Assembly (NCBI RefSeq): GCF_000354175.2
Contig: NC_022349.1
Coordinates: 2,520,001 to 2,552,000 of the forward strand
DNA from: Vibrio alginolyticus NBRC 15630 = ATCC 17749
GTDB lineage: Bacteria > Pseudomonadota > Gammaproteobacteria > Enterobacterales > Vibrionaceae
Direction of reading: 5' to 3'
DNA length: 32,000 nt
Numbering within the stretch: position 1 is the stretch's first letter; the number at the start of each line of letters is the position of its first letter. The notes under the pieces are model-generated. The model was not told the origin of the DNA and made no database searches. It saw nothing but the letters and a program-made list of their open reading frames with translations. A program made the position numbers and the translations under genes. Positions 9,400-18,880 of this stretch are shown here, one piece after another.

Positions 9400-11721
9400 T
9401 TACTTTTTCGCTTTAGCAAACGCTGCAGCAAACGCACCGCCCATCGCGCTGTTCGATGACGAATCATCACGGCGAGGCTGACGACGCTGCGGTTGGTCAT
9501 TACGACGTGGCGCTGCTGATGAGCGTTGGCTGCGGTTGTCTTGACCCGGTTCGTCGTTCATACGCATCGATAGACCAATACGCTTACGCTGCACGTCAAC
9601 TTCCATCACTTTCACTTTGACGATGTCGCCCGCTTTCACCACTTCACGTGGGTCAGACACATAACGATCTGTCAGTGCAGAAATATGCACAAGACCATCT
9701 TGGTGAACGCCGATATCAACGAAGGCACCGAAGTTGGCTACGTTAGACACCACGCCTTCTAGAATCATGCCCGGTTCCAAGTCAGATACCGAGTTTACAC
9801 CTTCTGCAAAGGTCGCCGTTTTGAATTCTGGACGTGGGTCACGACCCGGCTTGTCTAACTCTTTGATGATGTCTGTAATGGTTGGAACGCCGAAGTTATC
9901 GTCGGTGTAATCGACCGCATGCAGACCTTTAAGGAAGCTTGAATCACCAATCAGTGCTTTGATGTCTTTGTTGTTCTTCTCAGAAATCGCTTTGACCACT
10001 GGGTACGCTTCTGGGTGAACCGCAGACGCATCAAGTGGGTTCTTACCATCCATAATACGCAGGAAGCCCGCACACTGCTCGAACGCCTTAGGACCTAAAC
10101 GAGGTACTTTCTTCAAGGTTGTACGTGCTTCGAAGCGGCCGTTCTCATCGCGGAAGTCGACAATGTTCTGCGCGATGGTGCTTGATAAGCCTGCTACGCG
10201 CGTCAGTAGCGCCGCAGAAGCAGTGTTCACATCAACACCAACCGCGTTTACACAGTCTTCCACAATCGCATCTAGGCGTTTTGCCAACATAGATTGGCTT
10301 ACATCGTGCTGGTATTGACCCACACCAATAGATTTCGGATCAATTTTCACGAGTTCAGCCAATGGATCTTGCAAACGACGTGCAATCGACACTGCACCAC
10401 GCAGTGATACGTCCATATTCGGGAACTCTTTTGCTGCAAGCTCAGACGCAGAGTAAACCGAAGCCCCCGCTTCACTTACGATGATCTTCTGAACTTTCAG
10501 GTTGCCACGTTTGATGACGTCTGCGACAAAGCTGTCGGTTTCACGTGAAGCCGTACCGTTACCAATCGCAATCAAATCCACATTGTACTTACGCACCAAC
10601 TGATCAACGATTTGTGCTGACTTGTCGTATTGTTTTTGTGGTGGGTGAGGGTAGATGGTTTCGGTTGCAAGCACTTTACCTGTTGAGTCGACAACCGCGA
10701 TTTTTGAACCTGTACGCAGACCCGGATCGAGGCCAAGTGTTGCACGAGGGCCAGCCGGTGCTGCCATCAACAAGTCTTTTAGGTTAGTGGCGAATACTTC
10801 AATCGCTTCGATTTCAGCGCGCTCTTTCATTGCGCCCATTAGCTCGGTTTCCATGTGCATCGATACTTTGATGCGCCATGCCCAGCTGATCACTTGCTTA
10901 CGCCAGGTATCCGCCGGTGCGCTGCTTAGCGTTACGCCATAATGGTCGGCGATAATCGTTTCGCAGTAAGACTGACGAGCGCCTTCTTCCTGTTCTGGAT
11001 CAGCGTTCATCGCCAATGTCAGGAAGCCTTCGTTACGGCCGCGTAGCATCGCCAGTGCGCGGTGCGATGGCACTTTGCTTAGGGGCTCGTTGTGGTTGAA
11101 GTAATCTTTAAACTTCTCGCCTTCTTGCTCTTTGCCTTCAACGACTCGTGAAACCAGTTCCGCATTGCGATTTAAGTGGTTGCGAATTTTTTCCAGTAAG
11201 TTTGCGTCTTCTGCGATGCGCTCCATGATGATCGCGCGAGCGCCATCCAATGCAGCTTTGGTGTCTGCGATGCCTTTGTCTGCATCAAGGTATTTGCTTG
11301 CTTCGCTTTCTGGCTCGGTTTGTGGATGATTCCAAAGTTGATCTGCGAGTGGCTCAAGACCAGCCTCAATCGCGATCTGACCTTTCGTACGACGCTTGGG
11401 TTTGTAAGGTAGGTATAAGTCTTCAAGACGAGTTTTGCTGTCTGCCTGCGCGATCTCTTGTTCTAGCTCTGGCGTCAGTTTGCCTTGCTCTTGGATTGAT
11501 TTGAGGATGGTTTGACGGCGATCATCCATTTCACGAAGGTAAGACAGACGGCTGTCCAAAGTACGCAGCTGGGTATCATCAAGGCCCCCCGTCACCTCTT
11601 TGCGGTAACGAGCAATAAAAGGGACAGTGTTGCCATCATCAATTAGGGTGACAGCGGCGTTGACTTGCTCTGGGCGAACATTCAGTTCTTGAGCAATCAT
11701 GCGACAGATAGCTTGGCTCAT
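9400..11721 (-). CDS. tex: Transcription accessory protein Tex (S1 RNA-binding domain)
   Basis: Collinear with E. coli Tex/YhgF throughout ([12 protein letters not shown], YqgF-like and HhH regions, C-terminal S1 domain [31 protein letters not shown]). ATG at 11721 ([14 protein letters not shown]...) matches the homolog N-terminus. The ORF-track start at 11787 adds 22 unconserved aa. Confidence 0.93.
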   Translation of the reverse strand: MSQAICRMIAQELNVRPEQVNAAVTLIDDGNTVPFIARYRKEVTGGLDDTQLRTLDSRLSYLREMDDRRQTILKSIQEQGKLTPELEQEIAQADSKTRLEDLYLPYKPKRRTKGQIAIEAGLEPLADQLWNHPQTEPESEASKYLDADKGIADTKAALDGARAIIMERIAEDANLLEKIRNHLNRNAELVSRVVEGKEQEGEKFKDYFNHNEPLSKVPSHRALAMLRGRNEGFLTLAMNADPEQEEGARQSYCETIIADHYGVTLSSAPADTWRKQVISWAWRIKVSMHMETELMGAMKERAEIEAIEVFATNLKDLLMAAPAGPRATLGLDPGLRTGSKIAVVDSTGKVLATETIYPHPPQKQYDKSAQIVDQLVRKYNVDLIAIGNGTASRETDSFVADVIKRGNLKVQKIIVSEAGASVYSASELAAKEFPNMDVSLRGAVSIARRLQDPLAELVKIDPKSIGVGQYQHDVSQSMLAKRLDAIVEDCVNAVGVDVNTASAALLTRVAGLSSTIAQNIVDFRDENGRFEARTTLKKVPRLGPKAFEQCAGFLRIMDGKNPLDASAVHPEAYPVVKAISEKNNKDIKALIGDSSFLKGLHAVDYTDDNFGVPTITDIIKELDKPGRDPRPEFKTATFAEGVNSVSDLEPGMILEGVVSNVANFGAFVDIGVHQDGLVHISALTDRYVSDPREVVKAGDIVKVKVMEVDVQRKRIGLSMRMNDEPGQDNRSQRSSAAPRRNDQPQRRQPRRDDSSSNSAMGGAFAAAFAKAKK

Positions 11722-11950
11722 CCGTGTTTTCTCTTTTAATTCGGTTTGGGTTGTATAGAACATTGGGGTCATTCGAAGAATTTGCAATGTTTTAAATTAA
11801 CGAGGCAAAAATTTACCGGGCGCTGGTGGACATCAGTCAGATTTATGTCAAAACTGTAATTAAATTGAGAACTTATATCCGCAGTTATCGACTAACCTAA
11901 TTCCACGGTTGTTGATATCACTAAATGTACCTCGGCTTATACGGATAATC

Positions 11951-13831
11951 ATGATGAAAAAAATGTCTTTGGCGTTAGCGCTTACGAGTGCCTTACTTGT
12001 CGCCCCGCTTAGTTGGGCGCAATCTATCTCAGGAACCACACAAGCTCCCGTTTATCAGCTCGATAACAAATTGGTACTAGGGCGTGTGGAGAGCGTCTAC
12101 TACAGTGACATTCCGGAACTAAAAGCGGTGCCATTTATTGGCAAGATTGATACTGGTGCAGATACGACATCGATGCATGCGGAGAATATCCATGTCAGTA
12201 GCTCACACCCAGATTACCAAGATTTGAAAGATAACGAGTTACTTTGGGCGATTGTCGATGACTTAGGTGGTACGAAGGCAAAGTGGGACGCCGACAGCTT
12301 TAAGCCATATCAAGTAAAGGTTAGCTTTACGGTTCCTCACCCTTATACAGGGAAGGAAATACAGATTACCGATGATCTGGAAAGAGTGAGCGCGATTCGC
12401 AGCCGAACAAGCAAAAAGCCCATCCTACGCCCGACAATAAAAATGCCGATGACAATCGCTGGTCACACCGTTGATACGGAAGTGAACCTGACCAAGCGTA
12501 CGCAATTCTCTTCTCCTATCTTGATTGGTAAAACCTATCTCGATGATAACGCATGGGTCTTCGCTGGTTACGATTACCTTCAAGAACAGCCACGCGCAAA
12601 AATGATTGGCAAAAAAGAGACGGTTGAAGTCGAAGGTGTGCCATATAAGATCAGCATCTCAACTTCTAGCCGTTATACCAACGTCCATGCACTGGACATC
12701 AAGGTAGACAAAAAGCATAACGAAGTCTCTTTTATGTTAGAGGGCGAGAATGGCAAGCGTCATCCAATGACATTACCCTTGGTACGAATGCTGAAAACGA
12801 CCAAAAGCGAGCGCCCTTTAGTCTATTTACCCGTCAAAGTCGGCGAAAATGAAACTCAACGTTGGTTGGTGTATCTGCGTGATCGCAGTAAGTTCAGTTC
12901 GCAAATTCACTTAGGTCGGGACGTCGCGAGTCAGCACTTTGTTATTGATACGGACAGAGAAAATCTACTGGGTGGCGTAGAAAAAACGTTCAAAAGCGCG
13001 CTCAAATCAAAACCTCTTGTCGTTTCACCAGAAGAACAGGTCACCATTGATGGTTATACCGTCCCTGCTTACCCCACTTTTACTGTGAAAACGCCATTAC
13101 TGCGTGTAAATGGGTTTGAAGTAACAGAAAAAGGTAAGGATGAGTCCGTCACGTTTTATTTAATGAACGATGAGGGGAAAGAAGAAAAAATCACCAAACC
13201 AGTGTTGAAAAAGCTCAAGGTTGGCAGCGCGGTGCGCCCTGTTGTTGAAGGAGACTTTCTTCTCGGTAGGAAAGACACATCAATGAAGTTTGCGCTCGAT
13301 GTGCTTGATGAGGGTGACACTCAACCCTTTTTCGTCTTTGGTCATGACATAGCCAAGGGGGGTGTGTTGCTGAACACTCGCGCAGACCATCTACTAGATG
13401 TAAGGCCACTTTTCAAAGCTGGCCATATCGAAGTGGCGGAAGTTGAGGGGATGTCTTTCCCTGTGAAGTTAGACACGGGTGCAGATGTAAGCTCAATCAA
13501 TGCTAAGAACATCAAGCAGTTTAAGAAAGACGGCAAAGACATGGTGAGCTTTACCTATGAGAACGATCTTGGCATGAAACAGGCGTTTACTAAGCCTGTT
13601 GTTGACGTCATGCGTATTAAAGCGAAGAAAGGCGAGAAAGCGAACGTACGCCCTGTGGTTGAAATGCATGTTAAGCTTGGCGAATTAGAGAAGAAGATCC
13701 GAGTCAACTTACAGGACCGAGGTCGCTTCCATTACAGCATGATTTTAGGTAAAAACTTCCTAAAACATGGCGCGGTTGTTTCGAGTGATACGAATTACAT
13801 CGTGACGCAAAAACCGGATTACGAAAAGTAA
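11951..13831 (+). CDS. Secreted protein with four tandem retropepsin-like ('putative ATP-dependent zinc protease'/RimB-type) repeats
   Basis: Signal peptide MMKKMSLALALTSALLVAPLSWA|Q. Family signature LGRVE...GKIDTGADTTSMHA at nt 12149 and VKLDTGADVSSINA at nt 13472. A recurring (L/V/E)RP...h.h....(I/V)..LGK/LGR block occurs four times, with RP at nt 12428, 12812, 13235 and 13649. The ORF-track start at 11909 is a TTG extension. Confidence 0.85.
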   Translation: MMKKMSLALALTSALLVAPLSWAQSISGTTQAPVYQLDNKLVLGRVESVYYSDIPELKAVPFIGKIDTGADTTSMHAENIHVSSSHPDYQDLKDNELLWAIVDDLGGTKAKWDADSFKPYQVKVSFTVPHPYTGKEIQITDDLERVSAIRSRTSKKPILRPTIKMPMTIAGHTVDTEVNLTKRTQFSSPILIGKTYLDDNAWVFAGYDYLQEQPRAKMIGKKETVEVEGVPYKISISTSSRYTNVHALDIKVDKKHNEVSFMLEGENGKRHPMTLPLVRMLKTTKSERPLVYLPVKVGENETQRWLVYLRDRSKFSSQIHLGRDVASQHFVIDTDRENLLGGVEKTFKSALKSKPLVVSPEEQVTIDGYTVPAYPTFTVKTPLLRVNGFEVTEKGKDESVTFYLMNDEGKEEKITKPVLKKLKVGSAVRPVVEGDFLLGRKDTSMKFALDVLDEGDTQPFFVFGHDIAKGGVLLNTRADHLLDVRPLFKAGHIEVAEVEGMSFPVKLDTGADVSSINAKNIKQFKKDGKDMVSFTYENDLGMKQAFTKPVVDVMRIKAKKGEKANVRPVVEMHVKLGELEKKIRVNLQDRGRFHYSMILGKNFLKHGAVVSSDTNYIVTQKPDYEK

Positions 13832-13903
13832 CACTCTGGCCGCCTTATCACCTTGATACCCAAAGCCTGAAAAACATTGGATCTTTGGGTATATCATCTC
13901 CTT

Positions 13904-13930
13904 AATGCTGCCAAAGAGCAGCATTTTTTA
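13904..13930 (+). terminator. Rho-independent terminator after the retropepsin-like gene, just upstream of the greB RBS
   Basis: Stem AATGCTGC (13904-13911) pairs with GCAGCATT (13918-13925), followed by TTTT. A second 10-bp hairpin lies at 13856-13892. Confidence 0.6.
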
Positions 13931-13948
13931 GTTGAGATAGGAGTTAAT

Positions 13949-14440
13949 TTGAAAACTAAGCTGATTACACGAGAAGGTTACAACAAACTCAAACAAGAGC
14001 ATGATTACCTTTGGAATGAAAAGCGCCCGGAAATCACCAAGATCGTCACTTGGGCTGCGAGCCTGGGCGATCGCTCAGAAAATGCGGATTACACCTTCAA
14101 TAAACGTTTACTCCGTCAGATCGACCGTCGTGTCCGCTTCCTTCGTAAATTCCTGCCAGAAGTCACGATCGTTGACTATTCTCCGCAACAAGAAGGCAAA
14201 GTCTTTTTTGGTGCATGGGTGGAAATAGAAAATGAGGCAGGAGAAGTGAAAAAGTTTCGTATTGTCGGGCCTGAAGAGATTTATGGCGATGCGAAAGACT
14301 ACATCTCTATCGATTCACCTATGGCGCGAGCGATGTTGAAAAAACAAGTGGATGAAGAGTTCACGGTACGCACCCCAGAAGGTGAAAAAGAGTGGTTCAT
14401 CAACTCAATTGAATACACTCAACCGGCCTCGGAAGACTGA
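13949..14440 (+). CDS. greB: Transcription elongation factor GreB
   Basis: TTG start at 13949 with AGGAG 5 nt upstream gives (M)KTKLITREGYNKLKQE..., matching E. coli GreB MKTPLVTREGYEKLKQE. Conserved WAASLGDRSENADY and YISIDSPMARA. The ORF-track start at 13877 adds 24 unrelated aa. Confidence 0.92.
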   Translation: MKTKLITREGYNKLKQEHDYLWNEKRPEITKIVTWAASLGDRSENADYTFNKRLLRQIDRRVRFLRKFLPEVTIVDYSPQQEGKVFFGAWVEIENEAGEVKKFRIVGPEEIYGDAKDYISIDSPMARAMLKKQVDEEFTVRTPEGEKEWFINSIEYTQPASED

Positions 14441-14545
14441 GGCTTTATCACCGATTCAAGTCTCATGAAGTTCACTAGAAGTGACTTGGGTCTCAACGTC
14501 AGAATATTTGGTATAAAGGCATGGTGCCTTTCTCGGAGAAGTAAA

Positions 14546-14941
14546 ATGAACAAAGCAGTCATGTGTAGTGCTGCACTAACAATAGGTTTCTCACTTTCAG
14601 TTTTTGCTCAAGATGAAGTGAAAGGCTGTGACGCTAAAGAGTTAGCGGTAGAGCAGCAGCTTGAGTATGCAAAAGCGCAAGGTAATGAGCATCGCATTAA
14701 AGGCTTGGAGCAAGCACTTTCCGCTATCCAGAATGAATGCTCGGAAGGTGAGCTGCGCCAAGAGCTGCAAACAGAAGTGGAAGAAAAGACTAAAGAAGTT
14801 GAGGAGCGAGAGGAAGAATTAGTCGAAGCTCAGCATTCAGGGAAAGCAGACAAAATTGAGAAAAAACGTCACAAGCTGGCTGAGGCACAGCAAGAGCTGC
14901 TTGAGGCCAAACGTGAACTGGAATGGAATTATGGTCAATAG
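14546..14941 (+). CDS. DUF1090-like periplasmic coiled-coil protein (YqjC-like)
   Basis: ATG at 14546 with GGAGAAG SD. Signal peptide MNKAVMCSAALTIGFSLSVFA|Q. YAKAQGNEHRIKGLEQAL...C motif and the EEREEEL..A...GKADKIEKKRHKLAEAQQEL repeat resemble E. coli YqjC (recalled). The ORF-track start at 14465 is an extension. Confidence 0.75.
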   Translation: MNKAVMCSAALTIGFSLSVFAQDEVKGCDAKELAVEQQLEYAKAQGNEHRIKGLEQALSAIQNECSEGELRQELQTEVEEKTKEVEEREEELVEAQHSGKADKIEKKRHKLAEAQQELLEAKRELEWNYGQ

Positions 14942-15070
14942 TAGGTGCTGAAAATATCTGCTAGAGAGAGAATAAAGCGCTTAAGATAAAAAGAGTAACA
15001 ATTTGCTTGAGCACGTTAGGAAAAACAGTGATACATTTTCGACAATAGACGCTTCTGAAAGGATGTTTCA

Positions 15071-15790
15071 ATGCAAGAAAATCATAAAATTTTAGTGGTT
15101 GATGACGATGCTCGTTTACGTGCTCTATTGGAGCGTTACCTTTCTGAGCAAGGTTTTCAGGTACGAAGTGTCGCCAATGGCGAACAGATGGATCGCCTAC
15201 TAACGCGCGAAAACTTTCACTTAATGGTGCTAGACCTAATGTTGCCAGGTGAAGACGGTTTGTCAATTTGTCGTCGTCTACGCCACGCGAACAATATGTT
15301 GCCAATCTTAATGCTCACCGCGAAAGGTGATGAAGTGGACCGCATCGTAGGTCTTGAGGTAGGGGCGGATGATTATTTGCCAAAACCGTTTAACCCACGC
15401 GAATTATTGGCTCGCATCAAGGCCGTATTACGCCGCCAAACCGTAGAGTTGCCGGGTGCACCAAGCACGGAAGAAAAAGTGGTGGAGTTCGGGGAGTTCC
15501 GACTCAATCTAGGCACTCGCGAGATGTTCCGCGGTGACGAGGCAATGCCACTCACCTCTGGAGAGTTTGCTGTTCTAAAGGCGCTCGTGATGAATGCACG
15601 TGAGCCAATGTCACGAGACAAATTGATGAACATGGCGCGTGGCCGTGAATATTCTGCAATGGAACGTTCTATTGACGTACAAATCTCACGTTTACGTCGC
15701 ATGTTAGAAGACGATCCGAGCAAGCCGCGCTACATTCAAACCGTATGGGGCCTAGGTTATGTTTTCGTCCCAGACGGCAAAGAGGTGTAA
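15071..15790 (+). CDS. ompR: Osmolarity response regulator OmpR
   Basis: 239 aa, near-identical in pattern to E. coli OmpR (MQENHKILVVDDD..., LMLTAKGEEVDRIVGLE, winged-helix C-terminus YIQTVWGLGYVFVPDG). Confidence 0.96.
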   Translation: MQENHKILVVDDDARLRALLERYLSEQGFQVRSVANGEQMDRLLTRENFHLMVLDLMLPGEDGLSICRRLRHANNMLPILMLTAKGDEVDRIVGLEVGADDYLPKPFNPRELLARIKAVLRRQTVELPGAPSTEEKVVEFGEFRLNLGTREMFRGDEAMPLTSGEFAVLKALVMNAREPMSRDKLMNMARGREYSAMERSIDVQISRLRRMLEDDPSKPRYIQTVWGLGYVFVPDGKEV

Positions 15791-15802
15791 TCTCTTCACT
15801 CC

Positions 15803-15861
15803 ATAGCCAGCACTTGGCTATAGCAACTTCAGCCTTCATTACCTTCCCTTTGAAGGCTGAA
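15803..15861 (+). promoter_or_regulatory. Two intercistronic stem-loops between ompR and envZ
   Basis: Hairpin A: ATAGCCA (15803-15809) pairs with TGGCTAT (15815-15821). Hairpin B: an 11-bp perfect stem, TTCAGCCTTCA (15828-15838) with TGAAGGCTGAA (15851-15861), followed by ATTT. The function is inferred only. Confidence 0.35.
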
Positions 15862-15892
15862 ATTTCGCGATTAGGACCACTAGGAACGTTCC

Positions 15893-17185
15893 ATGCGCAT
15901 CCGAAGTTCACTGACACAATCTATTCTGCTGTTCATCTCTTTGCTTCTCGCGAGCCAAGTTTTCTCTTACTACGCCGTTTTTAACTACGCGTTGATGCCG
16001 AGTTTGCAGCAGTTCAATAAAATTCTCGCCCATGAGCTCAATTTGGTGCTTGATGATGAAGGACCTTTAAAGTCTGATGCACCGTTAAGGCGTCAATTGT
16101 TAGAAAGATTAGGGGTGACGGTTCATAGTCTCGATAGCGATAAGGCGATTGAATTTCATCACGCAATGTCGATTGATTTGATGTCTGAAGAAATGAGCCA
16201 AGAGCTGGGTTCGCCCACAGAAGTGCGCTTATTGCTTGGCGATGAAAGTTACATTTTGTGGATGCACATCGAAAAGTTGCCGAACTCCATCATTCGTATT
16301 CCGTTATCTGAGCTGCAAGAAGAAGATTTTGCCCCGCTGTTTCGTAACAGCTTGATTATGGCGCTGCTGATCATTGCAGGTGGTTGGTTGTTTATTCGTT
16401 TGCAAAACCGTCCACTTTTGGCTTTAGAGAGAGCCGCGAAAGACGTCGGTCGAGGTGAGATCCCGCCCCCCTTAGCAGAGAAAGGCGCATCGGAGATTCG
16501 CTCTGTAACTCGAGCCTTTAATCAAATGTCGAAAGGTATTCAAGAGCTAGAAGAAGACCGAGCCTTATTAATGGCAGGGATTAGCCATGACTTACGAACA
16601 CCTCTGACGCGTATTCGCCTAGCGACAGAAATGATGTCTCCTGAGGACAGCTATCTTGCGGAGGGGATCATTAGCGATACGGAAGAATGTAATGAGATCA
16701 TCAGTCAGTTTATGGATTACCTCAAACCGGTGAACCAAGAATCGTTTGAAGCGGTTGATATCAGTACGATTGCCAGTGACGTCGCCAGTTCTGAAGGTGG
16801 TTATGAGGTTGAAATTGAAACAGATCTTAATCTTAACTTGCCGCCAGCCAAAGGAAGCGCGATTGCGATTAAGCGGGCGATCAGTAACTTAGTTGTGAAT
16901 GCGCTACGCTATGGCAATGGCTGGGTCAAAATCAGCACTGGTGTGACAGCAGATAAGCAGCTAGTGTGGATTTCAGTAGAGGACAACGGACCGGGTATCG
17001 AGCATTCTCAAATCGCGAGGTTATTTGAACCCTTTACGCGTGGTGACACCGCTCGCGGTAGTGAAGGCACTGGGCTAGGGTTGGCGATTGTGAAGCGTAT
17101 AATCAGCCAACATTCAGGCTCTGTGGTGATGCGTAATCGCAGTGAAGGCGGTTTAATCGCTCAAATCAGCTTTCCTACCAAGTAA
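15893..17185 (+). CDS. envZ: Osmosensor histidine kinase EnvZ
   Basis: Collinear with E. coli EnvZ ([13 protein letters not shown]-box [24 protein letters not shown] boxes NALRYGNGW and GTGLGLAIV). Confidence 0.94.
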   Translation: MRIRSSLTQSILLFISLLLASQVFSYYAVFNYALMPSLQQFNKILAHELNLVLDDEGPLKSDAPLRRQLLERLGVTVHSLDSDKAIEFHHAMSIDLMSEEMSQELGSPTEVRLLLGDESYILWMHIEKLPNSIIRIPLSELQEEDFAPLFRNSLIMALLIIAGGWLFIRLQNRPLLALERAAKDVGRGEIPPPLAEKGASEIRSVTRAFNQMSKGIQELEEDRALLMAGISHDLRTPLTRIRLATEMMSPEDSYLAEGIISDTEECNEIISQFMDYLKPVNQESFEAVDISTIASDVASSEGGYEVEIETDLNLNLPPAKGSAIAIKRAISNLVVNALRYGNGWVKISTGVTADKQLVWISVEDNGPGIEHSQIARLFEPFTRGDTARGSEGTGLGLAIVKRIISQHSGSVVMRNRSEGGLIAQISFPTK

Positions 17186-17212
17186 GTCGACGATGGCCCG
17201 CACCCTTTAAAC

Positions 17213-17247
17213 AAAAAGCCCAACCTAAATAGGTTGGGCTTTTCTTA
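17213..17247. terminator. Bidirectional rho-independent terminator between envZ (+) and the permease (-)
   Basis: 12-bp stem AAAGCCCAACCT (17215-17226) pairs with AGGTTGGGCTTT (17231-17242). 4-nt loop. T-rich tails on both strands. Confidence 0.8.
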
Positions 17248-17259
17248 TTCTCAATAATC

Positions 17260-18648
17260 TTAAGACTCTTTCACTTCCTGAGGAAGTTCATCTTCGTCTT
17301 CCAGTTTCTCTGGCAGAAGTAGATTTAAAATGATCGCTGTGATGCCACCTGCTGCAACACCAGTTGAGAAAATACTCTTAATAAATTCTGGCATAAATTG
17401 CAGGATCTCTGGTTTTTGTGCGATACCAAGTCCCATTGAGAAGGATAAGGCCATGATCAGAATTGCGCGGCGATCGAGCTCAACACGAGAGATAATACGC
17501 ACACCAGCGGCAGCAATCGTACCAAACATGACAATCGTTGCGCCGCCAAGTACTGGCTCAGGAATCAGCTGAACAAAGCTAGCGACGCCAGGAAACAAGC
17601 CAAGAATCACTAACATGCCAGAAATAAAGTAACCCACGTAGCGGCTCGCGACTCCTGTTAGCATGATGATGCCGTTATTCTGGCTAAACGTTGAGTTCGG
17701 GAAGCTGTTGAAAACGGCTGCGATTGCGGAGTTTAAGCCGTCTGCTAACACACCGCCCTTAATGCGTTTCATGTACACTGGGCCTTTTACTGGCTCACCA
17801 GACACTTCAGATGTTGCGGTAATATCACCGATGGCCTCTAGTGCGGTAATAAAGAAAATCAGTACCAGCGGAATGAACAGAGACCAGTCAAACGATAAGC
17901 CATATTGCATTGGTACGGGCAGTGCTACGATCTCGGTTGCGCCTAGCTGAGAGGTATCTACCATCCCCATAAAATACGCCATGATGTAACCCACTAGCAT
18001 CGCAATCACGATTGAAGCCACACGGATGTATGGGTTTTTCGAGCGGTTTAAAATCACAATTAATCCAAGTACCGTCCCAGCCAGAGCAAGTTTGTCTAAG
18101 CTGCCGAAGGTTCCTTCATTTAATGCTGCGTAGCCACCGCCCATTGATACTAAGCCGACTTGAATCAGTGTGAGGCCGATAAGAGTGACGACGATGCCTG
18201 AAACGAGCGGAGTGATGATTCGGCGGGCATGCTCCAATACGCGAGATAGGAAAATTTCTGCAAATGATGCGACTAAAATCGTACCAAAAATGGCAGCCAT
18301 CATGGTGCTGATGTCTGCTCCACCGGCTTTCAGCGATAGGCCTGCACCAATAATAGGACCTAAAAAGTTAAAGCTGGTGCCTTGAACAGAGAGCAAACCA
18401 GAGCCAATTGGGCCAACGGTGCGAATTTGAATAAACGAAGACACGCCTGACGCAAACAAAGACATGCTGATGATGGTATTCGTTTGGTCTGCTGGTACAC
18501 CCAAAGACTGACAGATGATCAGTGACGGAGTGATAACCGCGACGAACATCGCCAATAAGTGCTGAAGTGCGGCAAAAATGGTTTGAGGCAAAGGTGGTCG
18601 ATCGTTGAGTTGATAGACCAGTTCCGAAGATCGGTTTGAAGTTGTCAT
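17260..18648 (-). CDS. NCS2-family nucleobase (purine/xanthine-uracil) permease
   Basis: About 462 aa and highly hydrophobic with multiple TM segments. Nucleobase:cation symporter-2-like sequence pattern. A PurR-type operator lies upstream. ATG at 18648 is preferred over the TTG at 18669. Confidence 0.85.
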   Translation of the reverse strand: MTTSNRSSELVYQLNDRPPLPQTIFAALQHLLAMFVAVITPSLIICQSLGVPADQTNTIISMSLFASGVSSFIQIRTVGPIGSGLLSVQGTSFNFLGPIIGAGLSLKAGGADISTMMAAIFGTILVASFAEIFLSRVLEHARRIITPLVSGIVVTLIGLTLIQVGLVSMGGGYAALNEGTFGSLDKLALAGTVLGLIVILNRSKNPYIRVASIVIAMLVGYIMAYFMGMVDTSQLGATEIVALPVPMQYGLSFDWSLFIPLVLIFFITALEAIGDITATSEVSGEPVKGPVYMKRIKGGVLADGLNSAIAAVFNSFPNSTFSQNNGIIMLTGVASRYVGYFISGMLVILGLFPGVASFVQLIPEPVLGGATIVMFGTIAAAGVRIISRVELDRRAILIMALSFSMGLGIAQKPEILQFMPEFIKSIFSTGVAAGGITAIILNLLLPEKLEDEDELPQEVKES

Positions 18649-18795
18649 TGTTTGTCTCGCTAGTCGCAATATTTCCCTAGTTCTCGCTGAATGGGAGAGC
18701 AGGGTGGAGTTGACGTCGTTACCTGTGATTGCTGTTAATCAGAGTCAACTCAGGTTGGTGGAGTGTGATCTAACACACTTAAAAATTTGTGCGCG

Positions 18796-18834
18796 ATTAT
18801 AGAGAGATTTACTCAAAAAGCAAACGTTTGCTTT
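18796..18834 (-). promoter_or_regulatory. Putative sigma70 promoter overlapped by a PurR-type operator
   Basis: 18-bp perfect palindrome AAAGCAAACGTTTGCTTT (18817-18834). Its 16-bp core AAGCAAACGTTTGCTT matches 14 of 16 positions of the ideal E. coli PurR box ACGCAAACGTTTGCGT. On the - strand: TTGCTT (-35, inside the box), a 16-nt spacer, then TATAAT (-10, 18796-18801). Confidence 0.55.
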
Positions 18835-18844
18835 GTTTTTGGCG

Positions 18845-18870
18845 CATTAAAAAACGAGCCATTTGGCTCG
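18845..18870 (-). terminator. Rho-independent terminator downstream of recG
   Basis: Stem CGAGCC (18855-18860) pairs with GGCTCG (18865-18870). 4-nt loop. On the - strand it is followed by TTTTTT. Confidence 0.65.
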
Positions 18871-18880
18871 CTTTCAATCA

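Noticed and set aside
11722-11787. ORF-track N-terminal extensions: tex to 11787, gmk to 25244, greB from 13877, DUF1090 from 14465, trmH to 21926, permease to 18669, tonB to 27531, retropepsin-like gene from 11909, epsL from 2049.
   Set aside because: The extended parts use TTG or GTG starts without an SD, overlap hairpins or neighbouring genes, and are not matched by homolog N-termini. Internal starts with SDs were preferred.
14961-15305. 114-aa - strand ORF spanning the ompR promoter and 5' end.
   Set aside because: It overlaps the unambiguous ompR CDS in antisense. It has no SD or homolog-like features, and its N-terminal part lies inside ompR.
18786-18805. CTATAATCGCGC resembles the 5' end of the guanine/adenine (purine) riboswitch (UAUAAUCGCG...), and it lies upstream of a purine-type permease.
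   Set aside because: The downstream sequence lacks the conserved P2/P3 loops and junctions (no ...UUUCUACC... or ...CCGACUA...). The TATAAT is better explained as a -10 box positioned 16 nt from a TTGCTT -35.
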